This document shows, piece by piece, positions 18,412 through 26,744 of a DNA stretch of 64,000 nucleotides (the stretch's first letter is position 1; every line of letters starts with the position of its first letter). Origin of the DNA: Clostridia bacterium (GTDB lineage Bacteria > Bacillota > Clostridia > Acetivibrionales > UBA4821); assembly GCA_041687355.1 (NCBI GenBank), contig JAWLCD010000011.1, forward strand, positions 2,217 through 66,216. The letters are read 5' to 3'. The translations under genes were made by a program, and so were the position numbers. The notes beneath the pieces are model-generated. The model made no database searches. It saw only the letters and a list, made by a program, of their open reading frames with translations, and had not been told where the DNA came from.

Positions 18412-19476
18412 ATGAAAGGTATAGGATTGGAAAACCGTATAAGTCTAATTTATAGATTTTTATCCAGGGTGTTTCCAAAGGTTGATATGGAACTTGCCAG
18501 GTGGGTAAGAGAAATCCGCTGTTTTGGTTCTGATGAGCTGGCCTACCAGGCAATGGCAAGCATAAGGCTGAAGAAGTTTCACTGCCAGGGAGGAAGTATT
18601 TTTTCTCTGTATCCGGGCTGCAATACTGACAGGATGATTGAACTGATTGTTGCACTGCAAACCATCAGCGACTACCTTGATAACCTTTGTGATAGGTGTG
18701 GCTTTCAGGAGGAAAGAGCTTTCAGACAGCTACACCTTGCATTTATTGAGGCACTTGAGCCTGAAGGAGCATTATCTGACTATTATCTATACTATCCCTT
18801 TCGAGATGACGGAGGATACCTATCCAAACTTGTTGGTACATGCAGAGAGTGTGTTAATGAATTGCCTTTATACAGGAATGTCCGGGAACGAATAATGAAG
18901 TTGGGAGAGCTATATTCCGAGCTTCAGATATACAAGCATCTCTCCCCGAATATCAGAGAACATAAAGTAATCAGCTGGACCCTCCCAAACCTTAAAGAAT
19001 ATAGAGATATTACAAGCTGGGAATTTGCTGCAGCCTCTGGTTCAACTCTCGCAATATTTATGATGTTTGCTCTGTCAAGCAGTTCAAGTCGGCTTGATAA
19101 GGATATAGACGCTGCTTTTGAAGCTTATTTTCCGTGGATTTGCGGACTGCATATTCTGCTTGATTATTTTATCGATCTCAAAGAGGATAGGGAATGGGGG
19201 GATTTAAATTTTGTATCTTTCTATTCGGATATGTCTGAGGCTGAGGATAGGTTAAAACTCTTCATAGAAAAATCCATAGATAGGGCTGGGAAACTACCAA
19301 ATAATTATTTCCACAGAGTGGTAGTGCAGGGCCTCTTAGCACTGTACCTCTCTGACCCAAAGATTGAACTGGGAAGCCAGGGGGCTATTGGGAGGAGACT
19401 GGTAAACAAGGGCGGAGGCACAGCGTATACCTTGTGGAGAATATGTAGAAGATTAAGAAGCAAAGGTTTTATTTAA
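18412..19476 (+). CDS. Tetraprenyl-beta-curcumene synthase family protein (YtpB/DUF2600-like)
   Basis: ~354 aa with DUF2600-type sequence (AYQAMASIRLKKFHCQGGSIFSLYP, LQTISDYLDNLCDR, LLDYFIDLKED). The start is uncertain between TTG 18406 and ATG 18412. Confidence 0.7.
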   Translation: MKGIGLENRISLIYRFLSRVFPKVDMELARWVREIRCFGSDELAYQAMASIRLKKFHCQGGSIFSLYPGCNTDRMIELIVALQTISDYLDNLCDRCGFQEERAFRQLHLAFIEALEPEGALSDYYLYYPFRDDGGYLSKLVGTCRECVNELPLYRNVRERIMKLGELYSELQIYKHLSPNIREHKVISWTLPNLKEYRDITSWEFAAASGSTLAIFMMFALSSSSSRLDKDIDAAFEAYFPWICGLHILLDYFIDLKEDREWGDLNFVSFYSDMSEAEDRLKLFIEKSIDRAGKLPNNYFHRVVVQGLLALYLSDPKIELGSQGAIGRRLVNKGGGTAYTLWRICRRLRSKGFI

Positions 19477-19483
19477 CAATATG

Positions 19484-20488
19484 CTATCCGCATCGTGCAA
19501 TAACCAAATCGGGAAGTGAAGATAAGAACTGGCGATAATGACTTTCTGGTATGCCTTGAAGGTAGGCTTTAGCTTCCTGGCAGTATTGCTGGGCTATAGT
19601 ATAAGCCTTGTCCAAGGCTCCGGTTTCATGCAAACCGGTTACTATGATGGACTGCAGCTTTTCAGTCGGAAGTGAATTATCCTTCAGGCCATTTATATGA
19701 GGCAGAAATCTGTTGTCTGTTTCAAGTAGTATAAGAATCGGGAGTGTAATATTTCCCTGCATAAGGTCGCTGAACACTGGTTTCCCCAATTTCTCGGGTG
19801 TTCCTCTTAAATCAAGGATATCATCTATTATTTGGAATGCATAGCCTAGTTTTAGCCCGTACAGTTCCATAATATCCGTATAGGTATCACCGGCGTCTGA
19901 TATTGAAGCCCCGGCTTTGCAGCATGCGGAGATTAGCCTGGCAGTTTTTTTCTCTATCCGTTTCATGTAATCCTGCAAATCATAAGAAGGTTCTTTTATA
20001 TCCAGATTCTGAAGAATCTCACCTTCACACATATTTTCAATAGCGTGAACCAAAAATTTCATCTCTCTGTGAAGACGATTGCTGCAGAGTATTTCAAATG
20101 CTTTAGCAAACAGATAATCACCTGCAAGGACTGATATATGGTTACCATATGTATAATTAAGTGTTGTACTGCTGTGTCTTAAAGCGGAATTATCGATAAT
20201 ATCATCATGGACAAGCGATGCAAGATGTATTAGCTCAGCAGCCGCAGCGGTTTTTACCAGCAGATGGGATAACGGTCCAAAGCACATTCCTGAATACAGA
20301 ACCAATAGAGGCCGAATGCGTTTACCGCCTGAGTTAATAATATGCGTACATATTTCTTCTACTTGCCCGCTAAGGCTTGCTGTAGAGTTGACAAGCTCCT
20401 GTTCAACCATTTCAATTTCTCGAAGTTCCCTAACCCTGATAAACGTTGAATAAGCCTGAGAGTGTTTATTCTTTGAAGGTATGTCCAT
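19484..20488 (-). CDS. Long-chain polyprenyl diphosphate synthase (HepT/heptaprenyl-type)
   Basis: 334 aa with GGKRIRP, first DDxxD (LVHDDIIDNS) and second DDxxD (FQIIDDILD). The product chain length cannot be read from the sequence. Confidence 0.85.
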   Translation of the reverse strand: MDIPSKNKHSQAYSTFIRVRELREIEMVEQELVNSTASLSGQVEEICTHIINSGGKRIRPLLVLYSGMCFGPLSHLLVKTAAAAELIHLASLVHDDIIDNSALRHSSTTLNYTYGNHISVLAGDYLFAKAFEILCSNRLHREMKFLVHAIENMCEGEILQNLDIKEPSYDLQDYMKRIEKKTARLISACCKAGASISDAGDTYTDIMELYGLKLGYAFQIIDDILDLRGTPEKLGKPVFSDLMQGNITLPILILLETDNRFLPHINGLKDNSLPTEKLQSIIVTGLHETGALDKAYTIAQQYCQEAKAYLQGIPESHYRQFLSSLPDLVIARCG

Positions 20489-20642
20489 GATTTATTCATC
20501 CCGCTGACATATATAGATTGAGTTTAATCTATTATTTGTGACCCAAGGGGGAAATATGCAGTAAGTAAGAAAAAACCTCTATCAATCCTGAAACAGCAAG
20601 ATAGGGCATGCATTATAAGTTGTATTTACCTGTCTCCTGGAA

Positions 20643-21971
20643 TCAGAGAGCCATTGAACTATCAACTATTGTACTTCCATACTTCTTGGCTGAGATAATC
20701 AAATCAAATGCAGAGTCATCCATTCCGCCGATTACTACACCCGCCTTACCATTATATACTCTCAAGGCTGACTCAAGCAGTACATGAGAGGAGGTATGAA
20801 AGATTAAAGGCAGTCTGGAGTAAGATTGAACTGTCTTTATAAAATTGTTAACCATCTCAGATTTGCTCAGGATATCTAGGCTAATACAGATAACCTGGTA
20901 GTCAAGAGACCTCAAGCTCATCAACTTTTCAGTTACAGTATCAAGACCGGTTTCATTCAGGCCTTCAATTTCTGCCTCATCGAATTCACTAAGAAGGTGG
21001 TAAATTTTTTCTCTGTTTATGTCTTCAGAGTTAGTGTGTTTTGTGGCTGAGCATATAAATGTTCCGAGACTGGGTCTGGGCTGCTCATTAGATGGCGGTA
21101 CACCAAGTTTATCCAATTCACCGCGTATAGCAGCAATAAATTCAGGGGTTGTACCGCAGCACCCTCCAATCAATCTGGTTCCATATTGTACAAAGTCTTT
21201 TACAGTATTTTTGAATTTTTCGGGTGTTTCATCATAGATTACCTTGTCACCTGAGCATTGGGGCATACCTGCATTTGCTTTTACACTTAGGTGTAGATTA
21301 GTAAACCCATACATCTGTTTAGTTATTTCGAGCAAGCCCTCAGGACCGGTAGAACAATTTGAGCCTATAAGATCAGCGCCCAGAGATTGACACACCAGCG
21401 CACAGACTGCGGGACTATTTCCCATAAGTGTACGGCCGTTTTCTTCAAAACTCATGGATGCAATTATTGGAAGAGGGGAGTTTTCACGGGCAGCAAGGAG
21501 CCCGGCCTTCATCTCATATAGGTCGGTCATTGTTTCAAAGTTAATTATGTCGGCACCAGCTTCCGTAACTGATACAACCTGTTCCGTGAAGATTTCATAC
21601 GCCTCCTCAAAAGAAAGTTCTCCTGAAGGTTCCAACAGCTTTCCTGTGGGTCCAATTGAGGCGGCAACGAAAGCAATGTCTCCTGCTGCCTCTTTGGCAA
21701 GTTTAACAGAAGCTGAGTTTATTTCGTGAACTTTATCCTGGAGGCCGAATTTTTCCAGAACAGCTCTATTAGCTCCGAAAGTATTAGTTTGTATTACATG
21801 TGCACCTGCTTCTACATATGATAAGTATAACTCCCTTACCCTGTCAGGATGCTCAATATTCCAAAGTTCAGGGCACTCTCCACCGGTCATACCCATATTC
21901 TGAAGCATTGTGCCCTTGGAACCGTCAAAGGCCAGAACTTCATTTTTTATTCTTCGTAGAAAATTATTCAA
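20643..21971 (-). CDS. Homocysteine S-methyltransferase-domain protein (MetH N-terminal-like) with a short pterin-binding-like tail
   Basis: The N-terminal ~290 aa carry Hcy-binding-domain features (AFDGSKGTMLQ, VIQTNTFGAN, IGGCCGTTPEFI). The C-terminal ~150 aa resemble only part of a DHPS-like pterin-binding domain. No B12-binding domain is present. Confidence 0.75.
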   Translation of the reverse strand: MNNFLRRIKNEVLAFDGSKGTMLQNMGMTGGECPELWNIEHPDRVRELYLSYVEAGAHVIQTNTFGANRAVLEKFGLQDKVHEINSASVKLAKEAAGDIAFVAASIGPTGKLLEPSGELSFEEAYEIFTEQVVSVTEAGADIINFETMTDLYEMKAGLLAARENSPLPIIASMSFEENGRTLMGNSPAVCALVCQSLGADLIGSNCSTGPEGLLEITKQMYGFTNLHLSVKANAGMPQCSGDKVIYDETPEKFKNTVKDFVQYGTRLIGGCCGTTPEFIAAIRGELDKLGVPPSNEQPRPSLGTFICSATKHTNSEDINREKIYHLLSEFDEAEIEGLNETGLDTVTEKLMSLRSLDYQVICISLDILSKSEMVNNFIKTVQSYSRLPLIFHTSSHVLLESALRVYNGKAGVVIGGMDDSAFDLIISAKKYGSTIVDSSMAL

Positions 21972-22181
21972 GTAATCAACTCCTCAGCCAGCTTGATACT
22001 CAATTCAATAGAGCTTACGACTATATTATACTATACTACAAACAGCTTATGCGTCAAATGCTAAAGGTCAGAAAAAGGTTTGTGGCAATAAACTACTCAA
22101 TACACCATTGATATGTTATAATGTTTCACGTAAAGATGTATATATTAATTTGATAAAAGGAAAAATGATTATTACGAGGTT

Positions 22182-22739
22182 TTGCCTTTAAATAAGACTC
22201 TGGTGGTGGACCGATTGAGTATTCCTAATTTCATTACTATTGCAAGATTCTTTCTTATTCCTTTGTTTGTTGTGCTTATGCTGGACAGGCAATATACTAT
22301 TGCCCTGGTGGTCTTCCTGTTTGCCGGGTTTACCGATGCTGTAGACGGTTACATAGCAAGAAAATATAAGATGATTACAAAGCTGGGGCAGATACTTGAC
22401 CCACTTGCAGATAAGCTTGTATTGCTTACTGCTCTTGTTATGATAGCTGTTCAGAACCTGGTGCCTAATATTTATCCAATTATAGTAATTGTAGCTGCCA
22501 AGGAGATATTAATATGCATAGGAAGCGCAGTGCTCTTCAGAAAGGGAGTTGTAGTTAAGGCCAATTGGTACGGTAAGGTATCAACCGTAATTTTTTATGC
22601 TGCAATAACTCTTTCGATATTAATACCGGCCTATGGTAGGTTTCTAATGCTGGTTGCAGTTTCTGCCGCTATATTTGCGTTCATTATGTATTGCCTTAAT
22701 TATCTCAGAATCCGAAAGTCAATTTCATATACAAGGTAA
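22182..22739 (+). CDS. pgsA: CDP-diacylglycerol-glycerol-3-phosphate 3-phosphatidyltransferase
   Basis: 185 aa with the CDP-alcohol phosphatidyltransferase motif DAVDGYIARKYKMITKLGQILDPLADK. TTG start. Confidence 0.85.
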   Translation: MPLNKTLVVDRLSIPNFITIARFFLIPLFVVLMLDRQYTIALVVFLFAGFTDAVDGYIARKYKMITKLGQILDPLADKLVLLTALVMIAVQNLVPNIYPIIVIVAAKEILICIGSAVLFRKGVVVKANWYGKVSTVIFYAAITLSILIPAYGRFLMLVAVSAAIFAFIMYCLNYLRIRKSISYTR

Positions 22740-22808
22740 TTACTTTTGGATGCATAGAGATTGACCACTAACAAGGATTTTGATTTACTAACCAAGTCAA
22801 AAGTAACC

Positions 22809-22837
22809 TTGAAAAAATCAAGCAGAAGTATTATAAT
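22809..22837 (+). promoter_or_regulatory. Sigma-A promoter of tRNA-Pro
   Basis: TTGAAA (22809-22814), 17-nt spacer, TATAAT (22832-22837). Confidence 0.65.
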
Positions 22838-22851
22838 AAATAAGCATTGCT

Positions 22852-22928
22852 CGGGATGTGGCTCAGCTTGGTAGAGCGCGGCGTTCGGGACGCTGAGGTC
22901 GCAGGTTCAAATCCTGTCATCCCGACCA
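22852..22928 (+). tRNA. tRNA-Pro (anticodon CGG), CCA encoded
   Basis: A manual cloverleaf fits: acceptor CGGGATG/CATCCCG, D-arm GCTC-AGCTTGGTA-GAGC, anticodon loop TTCGGGA, T-arm GCAGG-TTCAAAT-CCTGT, then ACCA. Confidence 0.9.
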
Positions 22929-22956
22929 TAAATAGTAACCATAGGGATTACCAAAT

Positions 22957-22992
22957 AAAAAAGAGGTCTTTGCATGCAAAGACCTCTTTTTT
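22957..22992 (+). terminator. Rho-independent terminator after tRNA-Pro
   Basis: AAAAAAGAGGTCTTTGCA/TGCAAAGACCTCTTTTTT is a perfect palindrome with a T-run. Confidence 0.85.
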
Positions 22993-23530
22993 ATTTGGTG
23001 AAGCAGAGGGTCCTGTTTCTTTATCGTTCATTCCTAATTATGTACTTGCGGCACTTCAACCATTACCGGTTCCATATTTAAGTTAACCAGCATAATATGC
23101 TAGCATAATTAAGTAAACACATTTTATTACCTGGGGTTTGACTAGGTACAGGTAAAACCGCTGTCAGAAAGATTTTTCTATGGCATGTAGTGTGGTTTTA
23201 ATTCAATGCCACATATGAACAGGAGATAAAAAACAGGTTAAAAGGAAAGGAATGGTGTATAGGGAAATAGGATTTACTGATTCCAGTAAGCTGCCGAAAG
23301 TGGTACATATCAAAAGTTCAGGTCTTTTTCATGCAGAAAGAAGCCATATCCACGCCGTCATTTGAATAACAGCATGGTTTTTCTGTATGTTCGCTATTAC
23401 ATCAGCGCAGCTTCGGAATCTGTAAATCTGGATGTATTATTCTTGAAACCAGAGTGTGTCAGGGGGTGGCCACCGGATAAAAAAGAAGCGGATGTCTGCA
23501 GGTTAAAAAAGTGTTGAAGGAGGGGGAAAA

Positions 23531-24721
23531 ATGATTACATCAAGTGTCTGCACAAAACCGCAAAGGGATCAAGGAACTTTAATCAATGCGTATGAGGTGA
23601 ACAAGAAATTTGTTTATCCTCGTATCAGTGCAGAGGACAGCATCATTTTGAGGTATCACAAGTCCTTTGTTCCGGATATTGACTTTCAGATTCTGCAGGA
23701 TGTGTCACTTCGGGAGGGGGGTAGGATTATCGGACCCGTCGATGTCAATGGTGTAAACCTGTTTATTCTTGATATGGCGTCCCTGATGGCAGACGGGAAT
23801 TTCAAGTCTACGGTTGCATGTATGGCTGTCGCAAGGAGTATACAACAGGGAGTGCAGAGGCTGGCGGTGTGCTCGTCAGGCAATACAGCCGTCGCAATGG
23901 CAAGGTACTGCCGGGATAAAGACATCAAGCTTGACATATTTATTCCAAGGCTGTCTTCTTATAAGTTTGATTATTCAGTATTGGACCGTAAAAAGCAAAC
24001 CTTGTGGATAGTTGATAAGCCTGAGTGGGGAGTCCGCAGTACTGCAGAGACTTTTGCACACGAGCATGGGCTGCTGCTAGTTCCATCCCTGGGGCACCAG
24101 GTCGAAGCGAACGCCTGCAGGTCTTTTCTCGTCCTGGAATACATGCTGAAAAACAATATTGTTTTTGACTGGGCCACTCAGGCCGTGTCAGGAGGGCATG
24201 GACCGGTGGGGTTTTATAAAAAGCTCTATTCGCTTGTTGAGGATGGGGTAATCCAGCCTGAGATAATTCCAGGCTTCATCGGGGTTCAGCAGTCGGGAAT
24301 ATGCCCTATGCATAATGCCTGGATAAATGGGCGCAGTTATCTGACCGGTGAGGATGTAAATTTGCATCCTCAAGAGGTTCTAGAGCCTACACTTTACTGC
24401 ACCCGACCTGATGAGGGATACCGTTACCTTTACAAGAATGTTGTAAAGCCTAAAGGAGGAGCCTTCTACGCAATTGACTCCAAGGAATATTCAAGATGGG
24501 AGAGTGCGGCGCTTGGGGTATTGATAAGCTGTGGTTTCAGGCTTAAGAAGAGGAATATGGAAGGACATGGTGTGATTACAGAGAAAGCAGGAATACTTAG
24601 CTTAATGGGAGCCCTGAAGGCATTTGAAGAAGGACGGATAGCTTCAGGGGAGAATGTTCTGGTTACTTTTACGGGCACAACCGAAGTCGCAGAACCTATT
24701 CAGTGGCTTAAAGTTATGTAG
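23531..24721 (+). CDS. PLP-dependent enzyme of the tryptophan-synthase-beta (fold type II) superfamily, specific function unknown
   Basis: 396 aa with a candidate PLP lysine in GNFKSTVA and the SSGNTAVAMA motif typical of threonine-synthase/cysteine-synthase-like enzymes. RBS GAAGGAGGGGG lies upstream. Confidence 0.75.
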   Translation: MITSSVCTKPQRDQGTLINAYEVNKKFVYPRISAEDSIILRYHKSFVPDIDFQILQDVSLREGGRIIGPVDVNGVNLFILDMASLMADGNFKSTVACMAVARSIQQGVQRLAVCSSGNTAVAMARYCRDKDIKLDIFIPRLSSYKFDYSVLDRKKQTLWIVDKPEWGVRSTAETFAHEHGLLLVPSLGHQVEANACRSFLVLEYMLKNNIVFDWATQAVSGGHGPVGFYKKLYSLVEDGVIQPEIIPGFIGVQQSGICPMHNAWINGRSYLTGEDVNLHPQEVLEPTLYCTRPDEGYRYLYKNVVKPKGGAFYAIDSKEYSRWESAALGVLISCGFRLKKRNMEGHGVITEKAGILSLMGALKAFEEGRIASGENVLVTFTGTTEVAEPIQWLKVM

Positions 24722-24756
24722 AGATATAAGTTAAGATTATTATGAGATTTACTTTT

Positions 24757-24782
24757 AAATCAGGCAGTATGCCTGATTTTTT
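24757..24782 (+). terminator. Rho-independent terminator of the PLP-enzyme gene
   Basis: AAATCAGGC-AGTAT-GCCTGATTT followed by a T-run. Confidence 0.75.
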
Positions 24783-24994
24783 ATCCGATGAATACCGCCG
24801 CTAAGACTCCCCTCTTGTTCAAGTGGGAGCATTAAAGATGGACACTATCGCTAAGATTTCTTTGAAATCAAGCGACTAGTAGCCTAAGGCGGCGCTACGT
24901 CCCTGGATAACGGCTTCTAAGATTCAGATGGAGAAAGAAACTCCACCTGAATCCAAGAATCCTGTTTATCCGATGAATACCGCCGCTAAGACTC
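24780..24994 (+). repeat. Dispersed structured repeat, copy A (one ~188-bp unit plus a 30-bp restart of the next unit)
   Basis: The 30-mer TTTATCCGATGAATACCGCCGCTAAGACTC occurs at 24780-24809 and again at 24965-24994. The whole unit recurs in reverse complement at 58214-58401. Confidence 0.85.
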
Positions 24995-25094
24995 TCCTAG
25001 AGGCTTGAATAATATTGGTGTGATTGCGGCAATAATAATACCTGTGAACTTATAAGTGCTTAAGCAGAGAAATAAGGCCGGGAGATGAAAAATC

Positions 25095-25376
25095 ATGGAG
25101 AAAGATAAGGGCAGATCCAAGGCTCCATTTGATATAGATAAGGTATCATTTAAAAATGTAAACAGTAGTTTTGAAAAGAAATTCAGGGAACGCTATGAGC
25201 AGTCGATTAAGATGATATCTGATGATTTAGGCGGACTAGTTAGTGCTATAGGTTCCAATTCACTGGATATTCTTGAGAAAATGGCCCAGCGCATAGAATA
25301 CTATGACATGAACTCAGATTTTGAAGACAGTTATCATCAACTTCTTAAGGAATACGAACCGTTCACAGAAACCTAG
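25095..25376 (+). CDS. Hypothetical acidic soluble protein
   Basis: 93-aa ORF with GGAGATGA upstream. No recognisable motif. Confidence 0.5.
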   Translation: MEKDKGRSKAPFDIDKVSFKNVNSSFEKKFRERYEQSIKMISDDLGGLVSAIGSNSLDILEKMAQRIEYYDMNSDFEDSYHQLLKEYEPFTET

Positions 25377-25398
25377 TTCAGCAGATTCATCTGCTGAA
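25377..25398. terminator. Hairpin between convergent genes
   Basis: TTCAGCAGA-TTCAT-CTGCTGAA. Confidence 0.55.
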
Positions 25399-25407
25399 TA
25401 ACTACTG

Positions 25408-26538
25408 TTATGGTTTCAAGATTACCTTAATGCAGTTATCCTTCTTTTCATCAAAGACTTCATACCCATAGTCTCCTTCTTTGAGAGGCAGAACATGAGT
25501 TATTATATCGGTTGCATCGAACTTGTTTTCGCTAATAAGATTCAGAATTGGTTCTACATAAGAGTGGGCAGGACACTGTCCCATCTTCAGGGTTATATTT
25601 CTTGCAAAAAAGTCACCAAGGGGAAACATATTGTATCTAGCCCCATATACTCCTACAAGTGACACTGTTCCTCCCTTTCTTACTGCCTGAGTAGCTATAT
25701 CGATAGCCGACTTGGTACCTCCCTGTATTTTCAGGGCGGATTCAATTATTTCCACAAGATTCATTTTTCCATCCATACCTACGCAGTCGATGACTGCATC
25801 GGCACCCCCGTGAGTTATTTCTTTTATATGTTCACCTGCATTATCATGATGCTCAAAATTTATTACTTCAACATTGTTGTGCTTTCTGGCGTGTTCCAGT
25901 CGGTAGTCAATATAGTCAACAGCAATTATTCTATCCGCACCCTTAAACGCAGCCCATTTCTGAGCAAGCAGGCCTACAGGGCCGCATCCAAGAACTACAA
26001 CCGTATCGCCGTCTTTTACACCTGCGTTCTCAACACCCCAGTAAGAGGTTGGAAGAATATCAGTGAGAAACAGGACTTGTTCATCAGTAAGGTCATCAGG
26101 CACAACAGTAGGACCAACATTGGCGTAAGGTACCCTCAAGTATTCAGCCTGACCTCCGTCGTAACCTCCGTAGGTCTTGCTGTAGCCGAAAATTGCACCT
26201 ACTTCCCCATTGGCATTTGAGTTATCGCATTGAGACCAGAGTTCATGGCTGCAGTACCAGCAGTGCCCGCATGATATAGGGAAGGGGACTATCACCCTGT
26301 CGCCCTTCTTTAACTTTGTTACATCCGGCCCGGCTTCCTCTACAATGCCCATAGTCTCATGCCCGAGGATAAAACCCTTTGGCATATTTGGCACCATCCC
26401 ATGTATCAGATGCAGATCAGAGCCGCATATTGCAGTTGAAGTTACTTTCACAATAATATCATCGGGTTCTTTTATTTCAGGGTCATCAACGTTATTCATT
26501 TTTACCTTCTTAATACCTTCATAAGTAAGTGCTTTCAT
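25408..26538 (-). CDS. Zinc-dependent medium-chain alcohol/formaldehyde dehydrogenase family protein
   Basis: Has AICGSDLHL and GHETMGIVEEAG zinc-ligand motifs, a structural-zinc Cys cluster (CGHCWYCSHELWSQC) and a Rossmann motif GCGPVGL. I chose the start at MKALTYEG because of its GGAGGA RBS. The 37-codon extension in the track (to 26649) runs through a non-coding repeat. Confidence 0.9.
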   Translation of the reverse strand: MKALTYEGIKKVKMNNVDDPEIKEPDDIIVKVTSTAICGSDLHLIHGMVPNMPKGFILGHETMGIVEEAGPDVTKLKKGDRVIVPFPISCGHCWYCSHELWSQCDNSNANGEVGAIFGYSKTYGGYDGGQAEYLRVPYANVGPTVVPDDLTDEQVLFLTDILPTSYWGVENAGVKDGDTVVVLGCGPVGLLAQKWAAFKGADRIIAVDYIDYRLEHARKHNNVEVINFEHHDNAGEHIKEITHGGADAVIDCVGMDGKMNLVEIIESALKIQGGTKSAIDIATQAVRKGGTVSLVGVYGARYNMFPLGDFFARNITLKMGQCPAHSYVEPILNLISENKFDATDIITHVLPLKEGDYGYEVFDEKKDNCIKVILKP

Positions 26539-26615
26539 ATTTTCCTCCAGGAATTCTCTCTTATTAGAGTTTCCATTGGAAGTGTAATTATTCAAATCAA
26601 TAATTTGACTTGTGC

Positions 26616-26640
26616 AGCGATTAAGTTTGCGGAGAAATCC
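26616..26640. repeat. 25-bp direct repeat, copy 1 (AGCGATTAAGTTTGCGGAGAAATCC)
   Basis: Near-identical to 26745-26769. TAAGTTTGCGGAGAAATC is shared exactly. Confidence 0.8.
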
Positions 26641-26659
26641 TGATGCCATCGGGTAGCCC

Positions 26660-26690
26660 GGGCATACGGCTGGGACTTGAACCCAGCCAA
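26660..26690 (-). other. tRNA 3'-half-like fragment (T-arm plus acceptor 3' strand), no complete tRNA
   Basis: The minus strand reads GGCTGGGTTCAAGTCCCAGCCGTATGCCC, which is a T-stem/T-loop (CTGGG-TTCAAGT-CCCAG) followed by 7-8 nt of acceptor-like sequence. No matching 5' acceptor strand or D-arm was found. Confidence 0.45.
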
Positions 26691-26744
26691 AGCCCGAGTC
26701 TACAACTTAATGGAGCTTCTAGGTACAGAGGAAATGAATTGAAT

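Noticed and set aside
22847-23086. 79-aa plus-strand ORF overlapping tRNA-Pro and its terminator
   Set aside because: The reading frame runs straight through a clear tRNA cloverleaf and a palindromic terminator, so it is spurious.
23455-23480. AGGGGGTGGCCACCGGA upstream of the PLP-enzyme gene, considered as a T-box core
   Set aside because: Its spacing differs from the GGTGGTACCACG cores of the two genuine T-boxes in this window. I found no Stem I AGAGA or distal-loop elements and no downstream terminator.
26539-26649. 37-codon N-terminal extension of the Zn-ADH ORF in the six-frame track
   Set aside because: The extension runs through the 25-bp direct repeat and has no RBS. The internal Met (MKALTYEG) has a GGAGGA RBS and matches the usual ADH N-terminus.
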